DNA from: a bacterium
GTDB taxonomy: Bacteria; Patescibacteriota; Minisyncoccia; Phycocordibacterales; UBA5272
Assembly (NCBI GenBank): GCA_023267535.1
Contig: JAHFNC010000005.1
Coordinates: 1 to 53,926, forward strand
Direction: 5' to 3'
Length of the DNA: 53,926 bases
Every line of letters begins with the position of its first letter. The stretch's first letter is position 1. Made by a program: the position numbers and the translations under genes. The notes under the pieces were generated by a model. The model was given only the letters and a program-made list of their open reading frames with translations. It had not been told where the DNA came from and ran no database searches. Positions 27,091-36,379 of this stretch are shown here, piece after piece.

Positions 27091-30000
27091 TTAGTTGATA
27101 GAGAATACGATATCACCAAAGGAAAGTTTTACAGTTGTTCCTTCTATGTTTTTATCTTCTTTTATTTCTCCAATTTTACAAGTGGCTTTTAGTAAATCTA
27201 AACTATTAAAATTAGACAAAGAAGAAACAGAAATATTTACAATATCTTTTGGTGATAATCCTTTTTCTTTACGGACATCTTGAATAGCACGCATAAGATT
27301 TCTAATATCTCCCTCTTTTATAAGTTCATCTGTTAAATTAATATCCAAAGAGACCTCTTCCCCTTTCTTTATTTCTTTAACATTTACTTCGTCTTTAATT
27401 ATTTCAAGATATTCATTTCCTAATTCTGTTTTTACATACAAAGTTTGTAATGGCTGACGAACAGCGATCTTACTTTCAGTTCTTTTCATCAAAGCTACCG
27501 AAACAATCTCTCTAGCTTCTTTCATGTAAGTAATAACTTCAGTGTCTATATTTCCTCCCTTTGGCCAGCTTTCTAAATGAACACTTTCTTTTTCACCGTC
27601 TAGTGTTTTGTATATTCTTTCTGATAAAAATGGCATAACTGGAGCTGTGACTTTGGCAAATTCAATTAATACAAATTTTAATGTTTGAGAGGATTTTACT
27701 TTTTCATTTTCCCCTTCATCGCCTTTTAATCTGCTTCTTGATCTTCTAACAAACCAAACAGATAAGTCATCAACGAATTGATCAACTGGACGAGTGGCTT
27801 CATCAAGACAATACTTTTGATAGCCAGCAGTTGTGCTTTTAATAACCTCATTAATTCTAGAAATTATCCATCTATCTAAAATATTTTTTGAATCAGATGA
27901 TGATTTTACATTATCAGTTTTGTTCATTTCGTATAATGACAAGACATTTTCCATTCTCAGTATTATTTTTTTGTATGATTCTTCAACCATATCGTCTGAG
28001 AAAGAAATATTTTCTCCTTTAACAACTGGAGATGAAAGTAAAACAAATCTAATAGCATCAACACCAAATTTTTCTGCTAACTCCATCGGATCAGTAAAAT
28101 TATTTTCACTCTTAGAAAGTTTTTTACCACCTTCTGCTAGAACAAGCCCGTTCACAATAACATTTTTGTACGGTGCTTTATCAAATAATCCGACCCCCAA
28201 GTTAATCAAAGAATAAAACCAACCCCGAGTCTGATCCATTCCTTCAGCAATAAATTCTGCTGGATAACTTTTTTCAAAAAGTTTTTTATTTTCAAATGGA
28301 TAGTGAATAGAGGCGAAAGGCATAGAACCAGACTCAAACCAACAATCAAAGACATCTGGGATTCTTTTCATGTCTTCTCCTTTGCTGTCTGTAATAACTA
28401 CTTCATCTATATATGGACGATGAAGATTTACTGCCCCAGTTTCATCACGAGGAACAATTTTATAATTTATCTTTCTTATTTCAGCATTATCCAAATACAA
28501 ATTACCTGACCGAATATTTTCCTCTGCCAATATAGACTCTTCTGTTAAAAGTTCAGAGCCTACTATCATCATCCTGGCTGGACTACCGTGAGTTACAAAT
28601 AAAATATTTTTATTTGTATAATTTTTCTCGCAATCCATTATGACGCTCATTACTCTATTCATTACATCTTGATGTGATTCCCCTCCTTCTATTGTGTAAT
28701 TAAATTGTAGATATTTTTTACCAACTTCTTTTTCTAAGACTCCAACATCTTTTCCGTCATATATTCCGGCATTATCTTCAGACAATCTATTATCAAAAAT
28801 AACTTCTTTATTATCTTTTATAATCTCAGCGGTTTCTTTGGCACGAATAACAGGCGATGAAAACATTACATCAATATTTAAATCTTTTACATAATCTTTC
28901 TGCTTTTCTACTTGAAATTTACCATCTTCTGTAAGATGATTATTGGTATCGTTTCCTTTATCAACCATATGAAAGACATTAGAATTTGCTTGTCCGTGGC
29001 GCATCACATAGTATGTATTTTTTGGTTTTTGTTTATTTCTTTCGGCAAGTTCAACAAGTGACCCAATCATTGTGACTTCATTCTCTGATTTCCAAACAGG
29101 AAGTGGGGCTCCCCAATATCTTGTTCTTGATACCGCCCACTCTCTTGCGCCTTCCAACCACTTTCCAAATCGCCCATCACGAATATGTTCTGGAGTCCAA
29201 CCGATTTTACTATTTTCCGAAAGCAATTTTTCCTTCATCTTTGGAACATCAACAAACCAGGAAGATGTCGCGTAATTTAGAAGCGGAGTTTTACATCTCC
29301 AACAAAGTGGATAGGAGTGAATCAATTTTTCTTTAGCAAAAAGTTTTCCATTGTGGGCCAACCATTTTATTATTTCTATATCAGCTGATTGTGTGTCCCC
29401 TACTTTCTTTACTTTCATTCCGGCAAAGTCGGTAACTTCTTCTGTAAACTCGCCATTCATTTTTACGTGCTTAATTATTGGAAGATTATTTTCTTTCGCT
29501 AAATTCATATCATCTTCTCCAAAAGCAGGCGCAATGTGAACGACTCCAGTTCCGGTTTCTGTGGTTACAAAATCTGCTCCCCAAATTTTATAAATATTTT
29601 CTTTGTTTTTTATCTCAGCCTTTTCAAAATAATTAAATAAAGATTTATAGGCTTTACCAATTAACTTTTCTCCTTTAAATTCATCAACAATTTTGTGGTC
29701 TGGGCTATTTTTAAAAACATCCTCCATCCTATCTTTTGCAACAATAAAATTGTTGCTGACGCCTTCGGTTACACTTTCAACTTTTACATAATCAATATCT
29801 TTACCAATAGCTAAAGCGACATTCCCAGGAAGTGTCCAAGGAGTAGTAGTCCAGGCTAAAATAAAAGTATTTGGCTCGTCAACTAACTCAAACTTGGCAG
29901 TGACAGAAATATCAGTAACATCTTCGTAATTCATTCCGACTTCTGATTGAGCAAGTGGAGTCTCACATCTTGGACAAATGTGCATCATCTTATTCCCTTC

Positions 30001-30525
30001 GTAAGCTAACCCTTTGTTGTGTAACTCCTTCCACGCCCACCAAATACTTTCGGTATAAGTTGCATCCATTGTTTTGTATGGATGTTCCATATCTACAAAT
30101 CTTCCGAATCTTGGAATAACATCTTTCCATTCTTTATCATAAGTAAGCACACTTTCATAAGCTTCTTTATTAAACTTATCAATTCCGTATTCTTCAATAT
30201 CTTTCTTTGATGATAGATTTAATTTCTTTTCAATTAAATTTTCAATTGGAAGACCGTGACAATCCCAACCCCAAACACGACGAACCCTCTTTCCGTTCAT
30301 TGTTTCGTATCTTGGAATTGCATCTTTAATTGTGCCGGCTAAAATATGCCCAAAGTGTGGTAGCCCTGTAGCAAAAGGAGGCCCGTCATAAAAAGAAAAA
30401 TCTCCAATCGGTTCACCATCCGCAGGAGTTTCTACAGATTTTTCAAAAATCTTATTTTCTTTCCAAAAAGAAAGAACTTCAACTTCTTTTTCATTTACAG
30501 TCTTAGCTTTTTTAGAATCTGACAT
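27091..30525 (-). CDS. ileS: Isoleucyl-tRNA synthetase with inserted histidine-phosphatase domain
   Basis: GLPHFGH (HIGH), editing-domain TTTPWTLPGN, KLSKS, DCWFESGSMP. Extra RHG...SSPVIRAKETA...FVTHG domain inserted at about nt 28440-29040. Confidence 0.93.
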   Translation of the reverse strand: MSDSKKAKTVNEKEVEVLSFWKENKIFEKSVETPADGEPIGDFSFYDGPPFATGLPHFGHILAGTIKDAIPRYETMNGKRVRRVWGWDCHGLPIENLIEKKLNLSSKKDIEEYGIDKFNKEAYESVLTYDKEWKDVIPRFGRFVDMEHPYKTMDATYTESIWWAWKELHNKGLAYEGNKMMHICPRCETPLAQSEVGMNYEDVTDISVTAKFELVDEPNTFILAWTTTPWTLPGNVALAIGKDIDYVKVESVTEGVSNNFIVAKDRMEDVFKNSPDHKIVDEFKGEKLIGKAYKSLFNYFEKAEIKNKENIYKIWGADFVTTETGTGVVHIAPAFGEDDMNLAKENNLPIIKHVKMNGEFTEEVTDFAGMKVKKVGDTQSADIEIIKWLAHNGKLFAKEKLIHSYPLCWRCKTPLLNYATSSWFVDVPKMKEKLLSENSKIGWTPEHIRDGRFGKWLEGAREWAVSRTRYWGAPLPVWKSENEVTMIGSLVELAERNKQKPKNTYYVMRHGQANSNVFHMVDKGNDTNNHLTEDGKFQVEKQKDYVKDLNIDVMFSSPVIRAKETAEIIKDNKEVIFDNRLSEDNAGIYDGKDVGVLEKEVGKKYLQFNYTIEGGESHQDVMNRVMSVIMDCEKNYTNKNILFVTHGSPARMMIVGSELLTEESILAEENIRSGNLYLDNAEIRKINYKIVPRDETGAVNLHRPYIDEVVITDSKGEDMKRIPDVFDCWFESGSMPFASIHYPFENKKLFEKSYPAEFIAEGMDQTRGWFYSLINLGVGLFDKAPYKNVIVNGLVLAEGGKKLSKSENNFTDPMELAEKFGVDAIRFVLLSSPVVKGENISFSDDMVEESYKKIILRMENVLSLYEMNKTDNVKSSSDSKNILDRWIISRINEVIKSTTAGYQKYCLDEATRPVDQFVDDLSVWFVRRSRSRLKGDEGENEKVKSSQTLKFVLIEFAKVTAPVMPFLSERIYKTLDGEKESVHLESWPKGGNIDTEVITYMKEAREIVSVALMKRTESKIAVRQPLQTLYVKTELGNEYLEIIKDEVNVKEIKKGEEVSLDINLTDELIKEGDIRNLMRAIQDVRKEKGLSPKDIVNISVSSLSNFNSLDLLKATCKIGEIKEDKNIEGTTVKLSFGDIVFSIN

Positions 30526-30786
30526 CTATCTAATATATCAAAAAAACCACCAGAAAAGAAGAATCCCCAATCTGCAAGCAGTTGGGGGTTTGATACAAAA
30601 CTCTGGCCGGGTGGGTGGCTCAGAACTTGTTGGAGTCGCCGACGATGGCGGTGATGGTGGCGAAAGCAGGCGGGGAGTGAATCGGCATAGCGATATCTCC
30701 TAATCAACGGTGATAGAAAGGGCGAAACGGCACGATGTGCTGTGCTTCTAATATATTATCACATCTCCTATGGTGCGACAATTCCC
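30526..30786 (-). promoter_or_regulatory. GC-rich structured 5' leader of ileS (T-box-like or other riboregulator; unresolved)
   Basis: About 260 nt between the upstream terminator and the ileS ATG. Multiple hairpins (CCCCAA..TTGGGG, CGCC..GGCG, CUGaGCC..GGCcAG); long-range CCACCA/UGGUGG followed by a U-run; CCGUUG (F-box-like); two AGGAGAU copies. Confidence 0.4.
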
Positions 30787-30822
30787 AAAAAAAAATACCC
30801 GCGACTTTAGATTGCGGGTATA
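30787..30822 (-). terminator. Intrinsic terminator after the histidine-phosphatase gene
   Basis: TACCCGC-aatctaaagtc-GCGGGTA followed by a U9 run on the minus strand. Confidence 0.75.
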
Positions 30823-30836
30823 CAAAATGTAACAAA

Positions 30837-31646
30837 TTATGATGCGTGTCTGGTATAGCGATTTACTTCATCAAATAAATCTTGATTGGTGAATTTTTTA
30901 CGCTCAATATATTTCCACCCAAGGTCTCCCTCTTTGTCCCATGGACACACCGAACGAACAGTTAGCATACGGGTATTTGTTACCAGTCTATTTTCTGGAT
31001 CATGTCTGGAATACCAGATTATTTGGCAATTACGGATTTTGTCAGCTGTGTCTTCTGATTTTTCTAAACGCAAGAAATCATCATGACCTAAGCCTTCTAT
31101 TTTAAACTGAATGGCTCTCATAACATGACCATGACAAACAACAATGACAGATCCGTTAGGATTGTTTCTAGCTATGCTGTCCAAAAAATCCGCCTTTATA
31201 CGCAGACATAGCGCAGCGAAAGATTCACCACCACCCGCCGGCACAGAAAGAAATGGACTAAACTTATATTGAGTTTGCTCCAAAGGAAAAAGTTTATCTC
31301 TCACATCACGAGGAAGATTATCCATAAGAGCCATATCACGCTCACGCAATTGAACATCAACACTCCATAAGGCAGATTGAAGTCCTAGGTGTGCGGCGGT
31401 CTCCTTTGCTCTAATGTAATCAGAAACAAGATAACGATCTATTGGGAAAGTAATATTGTCTCTCAACCAAGAAGCAGCGGACTGTGCCTGCTTGATGCCA
31501 AGATCAGTTAATCTGAATTCTCGACTATGTCTGTTAAGAAAATCATTAGTAAAAAAACTATTGTCTCCCTGTTCACTTGCTTTGGTGGCAATATTTCCTT
31601 CAGATTGACCATGCCTGACTAGAATAAGATTTTTAGGTAGTGTCAT
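30837..31646 (-). CDS. Histidine phosphatase (phosphoglycerate mutase) family protein
   Basis: LVRHGQSEGN, SDYIRAKETA, VVCHGHVMRA. Confidence 0.8.
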   Translation of the reverse strand: MTLPKNLILVRHGQSEGNIATKASEQGDNSFFTNDFLNRHSREFRLTDLGIKQAQSAASWLRDNITFPIDRYLVSDYIRAKETAAHLGLQSALWSVDVQLRERDMALMDNLPRDVRDKLFPLEQTQYKFSPFLSVPAGGGESFAALCLRIKADFLDSIARNNPNGSVIVVCHGHVMRAIQFKIEGLGHDDFLRLEKSEDTADKIRNCQIIWYSRHDPENRLVTNTRMLTVRSVCPWDKEGDLGWKYIERKKFTNQDLFDEVNRYTRHAS

Positions 31647-31726
31647 TATTATGCTTCCTTTCTTGAAATTAAATAGTGCTTCTACAAAAACACTACCATA
31701 GTGAAAATATTATGTCTATTTATAAA

Positions 31727-33409
31727 TTACATCTCGTCTGGGGCGACAATTCCCAAGATATATAACCCCTTGTTGATAATATTTTTGGTGGTACGGCACA
31801 AATCAATATGGTATTTATTTACTTCATTAGCTTCACTTATAATTCTAACTCTTCCATAAAATGCATTAAATGCTCTAGTTAACTGAGTCAGATGAATAAC
31901 AATATGTTGCGGAGCATTTTCTTCATAAGATTTATTTAAAGTATTAGCAAATGAATTTATCAATCTTTCTATTTCAATTTCTTTCTCTGCATTAGTAGTA
32001 ATACTTTTAGCGTCACAACATTTTAGAATAAGCTGAGTGAGTCTAGCATGAGTGTACTGCAAATACGGACCAGAGTCACCATCAAAAGAAATTGATTTTT
32101 CAAAATCAAAAACGATATCTTTCCCAGGTGCAATTTTTAGAATTGAATATTTAATTGCTGAGACAGCGACATCATTTATTAACTGCTCTCTCTTCTCTCC
32201 TTGTATTCTTCCACTATCAAATTTATCTTTTAATCTTTCCTTCACTTCTTCAATCAAATCTTCTGCTTGAATTACTTCCCCCGTTCTTGACGACATCTTT
32301 CCTTCAGGAAGACGAAGCATTCCGTGGGAAACATGTTTTAGTTTATCTGAAAGATTTTTATCAATCTCTGATAACACCGCTTTTATAACTTTAAAGTATT
32401 CATCGATTTCATTTCCAGTGACTACAATTGAAATATCATTTCCCGGAACAAGTTCTTCTTTCTTTAAACAATTTCCTAATTCTTTAGCTTCGTAAGTTGG
32501 AAGTCTTTCGCTGTTTATAAAAACTCTAGTGTGTAATCCAACCTTCTCACCTTTATAGACTACCGCTCCTTCACTTTGTTCAAAAACAGTATCAATATTT
32601 TTTAAAACTAAATCTCTACCAACCACTGCCACTTCACTTTCAAAAATATAAAAATCAAACTTTGTCCCAAGTTTCTTATAAATGGTTTCAAAATAATCTA
32701 TACTCCACTTTTTTCCTAAATCATAAATTTTATTTATATCTTCGTCAGTTCTTTCAAAAATAGCTTTATTTATAATAGCTATATCTGCTTTTTTTTCTTC
32801 ACTTTCAGCTAAAGCTTCCATTCCAAATGTATAAGCCTTACCTAGAAAAGCTACCTTTTCTCTAAGCGTTGCAGTTTCCAATGGCATTTGTTCGCCCATA
32901 TTTTTAATACCCCAAATGGTTGCAGCGACATGCATACCAACATCTCCCTGATAACAAACTCGTGTGACAGTGGCGCCAACTGATTCATAAATTCTGGCAA
33001 TTGATTCGCCTATTGCGTTTGGAACAAGATGTCCAATGTGAAAAAGTTTGAAAGGATTAGGGTCGGTGTATTCACAAATAACTTTCTTTGCATTTAGAAT
33101 ATCTAATTTAAGTTCTTCGCTTATGTAAGCGAAAGCTTCTTGTGTTCTTACTTCATCTTTTAAATAAAAATTAATAAAGCCAGGATTCGCTACTTCAATT
33201 CTTTCCACTATTGAAGATAATTTTTCTTTCAATATCTCTGTGACATCTTTAGCACATTCGGCTGGATACATTTCCTGTTTTTTACCTAAAGGAAAAGCGA
33301 TGTTAGTAGAATAATCACCATAGGAAATTTCTTCTGGCTGTTCCAAAGAAAAGATAACTCCCTCAGATAATTCGGATAGTGCGCTTTTTATCTTCTGATA
33401 ATTCGTCAT
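31727..33409 (-). CDS. argS: Arginyl-tRNA synthetase
   Basis: NPFKLFHIGH (HIGH), MSSRTG, C-terminal anticodon-binding domain ending ..DEM. Confidence 0.93.
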   Translation of the reverse strand: MTNYQKIKSALSELSEGVIFSLEQPEEISYGDYSTNIAFPLGKKQEMYPAECAKDVTEILKEKLSSIVERIEVANPGFINFYLKDEVRTQEAFAYISEELKLDILNAKKVICEYTDPNPFKLFHIGHLVPNAIGESIARIYESVGATVTRVCYQGDVGMHVAATIWGIKNMGEQMPLETATLREKVAFLGKAYTFGMEALAESEEKKADIAIINKAIFERTDEDINKIYDLGKKWSIDYFETIYKKLGTKFDFYIFESEVAVVGRDLVLKNIDTVFEQSEGAVVYKGEKVGLHTRVFINSERLPTYEAKELGNCLKKEELVPGNDISIVVTGNEIDEYFKVIKAVLSEIDKNLSDKLKHVSHGMLRLPEGKMSSRTGEVIQAEDLIEEVKERLKDKFDSGRIQGEKREQLINDVAVSAIKYSILKIAPGKDIVFDFEKSISFDGDSGPYLQYTHARLTQLILKCCDAKSITTNAEKEIEIERLINSFANTLNKSYEENAPQHIVIHLTQLTRAFNAFYGRVRIISEANEVNKYHIDLCRTTKNIINKGLYILGIVAPDEM

Positions 33410-33472
33410 ACCATAATCCTACATCATTTTTGACGCAAAAAGAAGCGGAAACATCTAGTCCCGCTTCTTTAG

Positions 33473-34024
33473 CTATTTCTTAAAGCGCCTTTCATATTCA
33501 AAGAATTCAACTTTGGTATCCTTGCCGTCACCGATATCTTCTTCTATAAAAAAGTCTCTTATCAGATGATAGTTCGGATACAACTTAGCAACTGTGAGAG
33601 CTTGTTTAAAAACAAAAGTCCTGTCGGTAACAAGAATATCTTTATGAACAATTGTCAGATAGATATAGTTGGCAATCGGAAGAACAGAGGCCCACAACCG
33701 AGCTCCACCAATAATAAAAACTTTTTCGGTGGTGGCTTTTTCTATGGCTTCATCTATATTGCCAACTAACCTAACTCCGTCTGGAAGTTTTAATCTTCCG
33801 TTAGAAGACACAACAATATTTTCTCTGTCAGGTAATGGTTTTATGGGTAATGAATCCCATGTGCCTCTACCCATGACGACAGTTTTTCCTTTTGTGACTT
33901 CTTTAAACCTGCTTAAGTCATATGAAGACTTCCATGGAATTTCTTCTTTACCACTTAATTTGTTTTTGATTCCATAAACACCATTTAAAGAGACTGCGCA
34001 AATTATTGCTATTTTTTTAGACAT
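33473..34024 (-). CDS. folA: Dihydrofolate reductase
   Basis: IPWKSS..DLSRFKEVTKGKTVVMGRGTWDSLP..PLPDRENIVVS..FIIGGARLW. Start set at MSKKIAI. Confidence 0.8.
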   Translation of the reverse strand: MSKKIAIICAVSLNGVYGIKNKLSGKEEIPWKSSYDLSRFKEVTKGKTVVMGRGTWDSLPIKPLPDRENIVVSSNGRLKLPDGVRLVGNIDEAIEKATTEKVFIIGGARLWASVLPIANYIYLTIVHKDILVTDRTFVFKQALTVAKLYPNYHLIRDFFIEEDIGDGKDTKVEFFEYERRFKK

Positions 34025-34093
34025 ACTTTGTTCCCCCATTAAAGAACCGCTTCAGACACAATATAGAAAAAAATAAAACTAAGCAAATGTTTA

Positions 34094-34516
34094 TTAGTGG
34101 CCGGAACTTCCAAAACCTTTGTCCCCTCTAGTTGAATCATTCAAAGAATCTACGTATTCTAATTCAACTTTTTCATATTTTTGAATAATTATTTGAGCAA
34201 TTTTTTTACCAGCTGTAAAATTTATTTTTTCATTGGTCATATTTATCATAACAATAAACACCTCCCCTCTGTAACCAGAATCAATAACACCTCCTAAAGT
34301 TTTCACACCGAGGGCACCAATTGATGACTTATCCCAAACAAGCATGACACATCCGTCTGGTACCTGGACAGATAAACCAGTAGCTACCTTTGTAGGAACA
34401 TCAGGCAATAACTCAACATAATTTGAACAGCAAACATCTAGACCAGCATCTGTCTCGTGAGCATAAGGAATAATACCAATCACATCACTATTTAATTTCT
34501 TAACAAATAATTTCAT
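34094..34516 (-). CDS. dut: dUTP diphosphatase
   Basis: AGLDV, GVIDSGYRGE, RGDKGFGSSG. Confidence 0.9.
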   Translation of the reverse strand: MKLFVKKLNSDVIGIIPYAHETDAGLDVCCSNYVELLPDVPTKVATGLSVQVPDGCVMLVWDKSSIGALGVKTLGGVIDSGYRGEVFIVMINMTNEKINFTAGKKIAQIIIQKYEKVELEYVDSLNDSTRGDKGFGSSGH

Positions 34517-34570
34517 TTGCCTATTATAACAAAAATAAAAAGCGGCTCGCTTTGCGAACCGCTTAAAGGA

Positions 34571-35704
34571 CTATTGCCAGTGCAGAAATTGTTTTGGCAA
34601 TCTTGTTTCAATTTGTTTACGGTAGGTCCCAGAATCGGCGTAAGAAGCAGTCTTGTTACGCATTCTTTCAAAAACAAAACGTGCGACTGGATCTTTGTGT
34701 CTTAGGACCATATCGTAAGGAGCCAAAACCTCAAGCGTTGCTGTTCCAAAAAATCCTGGATCAAAGAAACCAGCAAAGTGTGAAAAGAAAAGGCCAAGAC
34801 GTGGGTCTAACGAACGAAGCTCTGCACAAAGATAGTCCGGAATCCTGAGCATCTCATTTGTTGAAAAAAGATAATGCTCACCAGCGCGAAGTCTTACAAA
34901 ACCACTTTGAGGATCTCCTTTGATGGCTTCTTCGGCATAGACCGGAGAAAAATACTCTCTCGGGTCAACGTTGCGCGAAGACAAATCAAGTGCGCGGCGA
35001 GTTTTCTTAGCTCTAAACCCAACAAGCTTTTTACCTTCAGCAAAGAGAGTGCAAAAGACAGAGCCGTCGTTACTGAACAAAGAAAGTTTACCTTGCGGAT
35101 AAGGAGACTCGTCCCTTCTGTAAAGAATATCCCCTTCTTGCAAAGTTCGACGAAGGTCATCCTCATTAAAGCGAGTATCTCCATCAAAAACTCGAAGTTG
35201 GTTATAGCACTCAAGTTGGGTGAGAATAACTGGATAAATAAGTGGCTGTAAAACCAACCAAATATTTCCAGTGTAGCCTTCGTTTTTCTTGTCGACGGTA
35301 TCAAACCAACCTAATCTATCAGCCAAAGTTCGAACAAGTAAAAAATTCCTTCCAGATGTTGACTTGGCATTGGCATAAGCATACATGCCAGGAGAAAAAT
35401 TCACGTTGACACTGGATTTGGCCACGTATTCATATCCAGGTATCATTTCGTGACCTAAAGAAATGCTCTTTGCTCCCATCATTTCAAGAGTGTTATAGAC
35501 ATCTTCATTCCCTTGGCCACGTGGACGAAAAAGTTTCTCAACCTTGTACATGTCAGAACTAGTGACGGTTAGGTCAATTGATGCGGGCCCGACGTGCTCA
35601 TCCTTAAATCCAGGAAGAGTATTTATACGATTGTTTTTTATCAATCCTTTCAAGTCATTCTGACTAAAGACACCTATTTTTGATTCCATTACGATTACCT
35701 CCAT
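34571..35704 (-). CDS. dCTP deaminase family protein (large two-domain DCD type)
   Basis: Two dUTPase-like halves; C-terminal FAGFFDPGFFGTATLEV resembles the dcd active-site region. Confidence 0.7.
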   Translation of the reverse strand: MEVIVMESKIGVFSQNDLKGLIKNNRINTLPGFKDEHVGPASIDLTVTSSDMYKVEKLFRPRGQGNEDVYNTLEMMGAKSISLGHEMIPGYEYVAKSSVNVNFSPGMYAYANAKSTSGRNFLLVRTLADRLGWFDTVDKKNEGYTGNIWLVLQPLIYPVILTQLECYNQLRVFDGDTRFNEDDLRRTLQEGDILYRRDESPYPQGKLSLFSNDGSVFCTLFAEGKKLVGFRAKKTRRALDLSSRNVDPREYFSPVYAEEAIKGDPQSGFVRLRAGEHYLFSTNEMLRIPDYLCAELRSLDPRLGLFFSHFAGFFDPGFFGTATLEVLAPYDMVLRHKDPVARFVFERMRNKTASYADSGTYRKQIETRLPKQFLHWQ

Positions 35705-35739
35705 TTTAAAAAACGGTCTGGAATAACACTATCACAAAC

Positions 35740-35769
35740 AAAAAATCTCACCAAGTGGTGAGATTTTTT
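35740..35769. terminator. Bidirectional terminator downstream of rplK/R1
   Basis: aaaaaaTCTCACCaagtGGTGAGAtttttt. Confidence 0.75.
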
Positions 35770-35783
35770 GTTTAATTATTTGT

Positions 35784-35908
35784 AAAAATAAGAAAAATGG
35801 TTTAGATACAAGGCACAGGGAATTTTTACGACCAAGACATACAGCTGGTATGGCGCGTGGAGGAAAAATTCCCTGTAACGCAGTAAATGAAATTTTTTTG
35901 TTATTTTT
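35784..35908 (+). repeat. Three-tier hairpin repeat, copy R1
   Basis: Outer aaaaataagaaaaat/atttttttgttattttt; inner cacagggaattttt/aaaaattccctgt; apical catac-agctg-gtatg. Abuts the rplK stop codon. Confidence 0.75.
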
Positions 35909-36317
35909 AAGCTACTTTTATACCTATTGAGCGAGCGGTTCCCTCAATAATTTTCATTGCTTGTTCAACAGTATGAGCTGTTAAATCTTTTAATTTTGTT
36001 TCAGCAATTTGGCGAATTTGCTCTTTTGAAATTTTACCAGCACCTCCTTTACTATTTCCTTTAGCAACACCAGCTGCTTTCATAACAAGCGATGTAGCTG
36101 TTGGGGTCTTGATTACAAAGTCATAAGTTCTGTCTTCATAAACATAGATATTAACAGAAAGTCTTCCTTGCATTCCAGCAGTTGCAGAGTTAAATTTGTT
36201 TACGAAATCACCAATCTGAACACCAGCCTGACCAAGGGCCGGACCAAGTGGAGGAGCAGGGGTTGCTTTACCTGCTTCTATCTGAACTTTTACGTACTTT
36301 GTTATTTTCTTTGCCAT
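35907..36317 (-). CDS. rplK: 50S ribosomal protein L11
   Basis: KVQIEAGKATPAPPLGPALGQAGV. Confidence 0.94.
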   Translation of the reverse strand: MAKKITKYVKVQIEAGKATPAPPLGPALGQAGVQIGDFVNKFNSATAGMQGRLSVNIYVYEDRTYDFVIKTPTATSLVMKAAGVAKGNSKGGAGKISKEQIRQIAETKLKDLTAHTVEQAMKIIEGTARSIGIKVA

Positions 36318-36379
36318 GATATTAGTTTTGCTACTTTAACATTTTTTTAAATAAGTTTCAAGGTTTTTCTGTAACGCCC

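Noticed and set aside
28440-29040. Intein or frameshift/assembly artefact as the explanation for the extra IleRS segment.
   Set aside because: There are no intein splice motifs (no Cys/Ser/Thr + ...HN-Cys junction pattern) and no homing-endonuclease motifs. The frame is continuous, and the segment has a complete RHG/SSP..RA.ET/THG histidine-phosphatase signature. An assembly error cannot be excluded without reads.
30495-30707. ORF 30495..30707(-) 70 aa (R/H-rich).
   Set aside because: It overlaps the ileS start and lies in the GC-rich leader. Composition is implausible (HHHRHRRR) and there is no SD.
30526-30786. Confident call of a canonical T-box riboswitch, or of a plus-strand SRP RNA, in the ileS upstream region.
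   Set aside because: Neither the T-box consensus (GGGUGGnACCGCG) nor the SRP helix-8 pattern (GNRA loop followed by AGCAGC) could be matched by eye. It is left as an unresolved structured leader.
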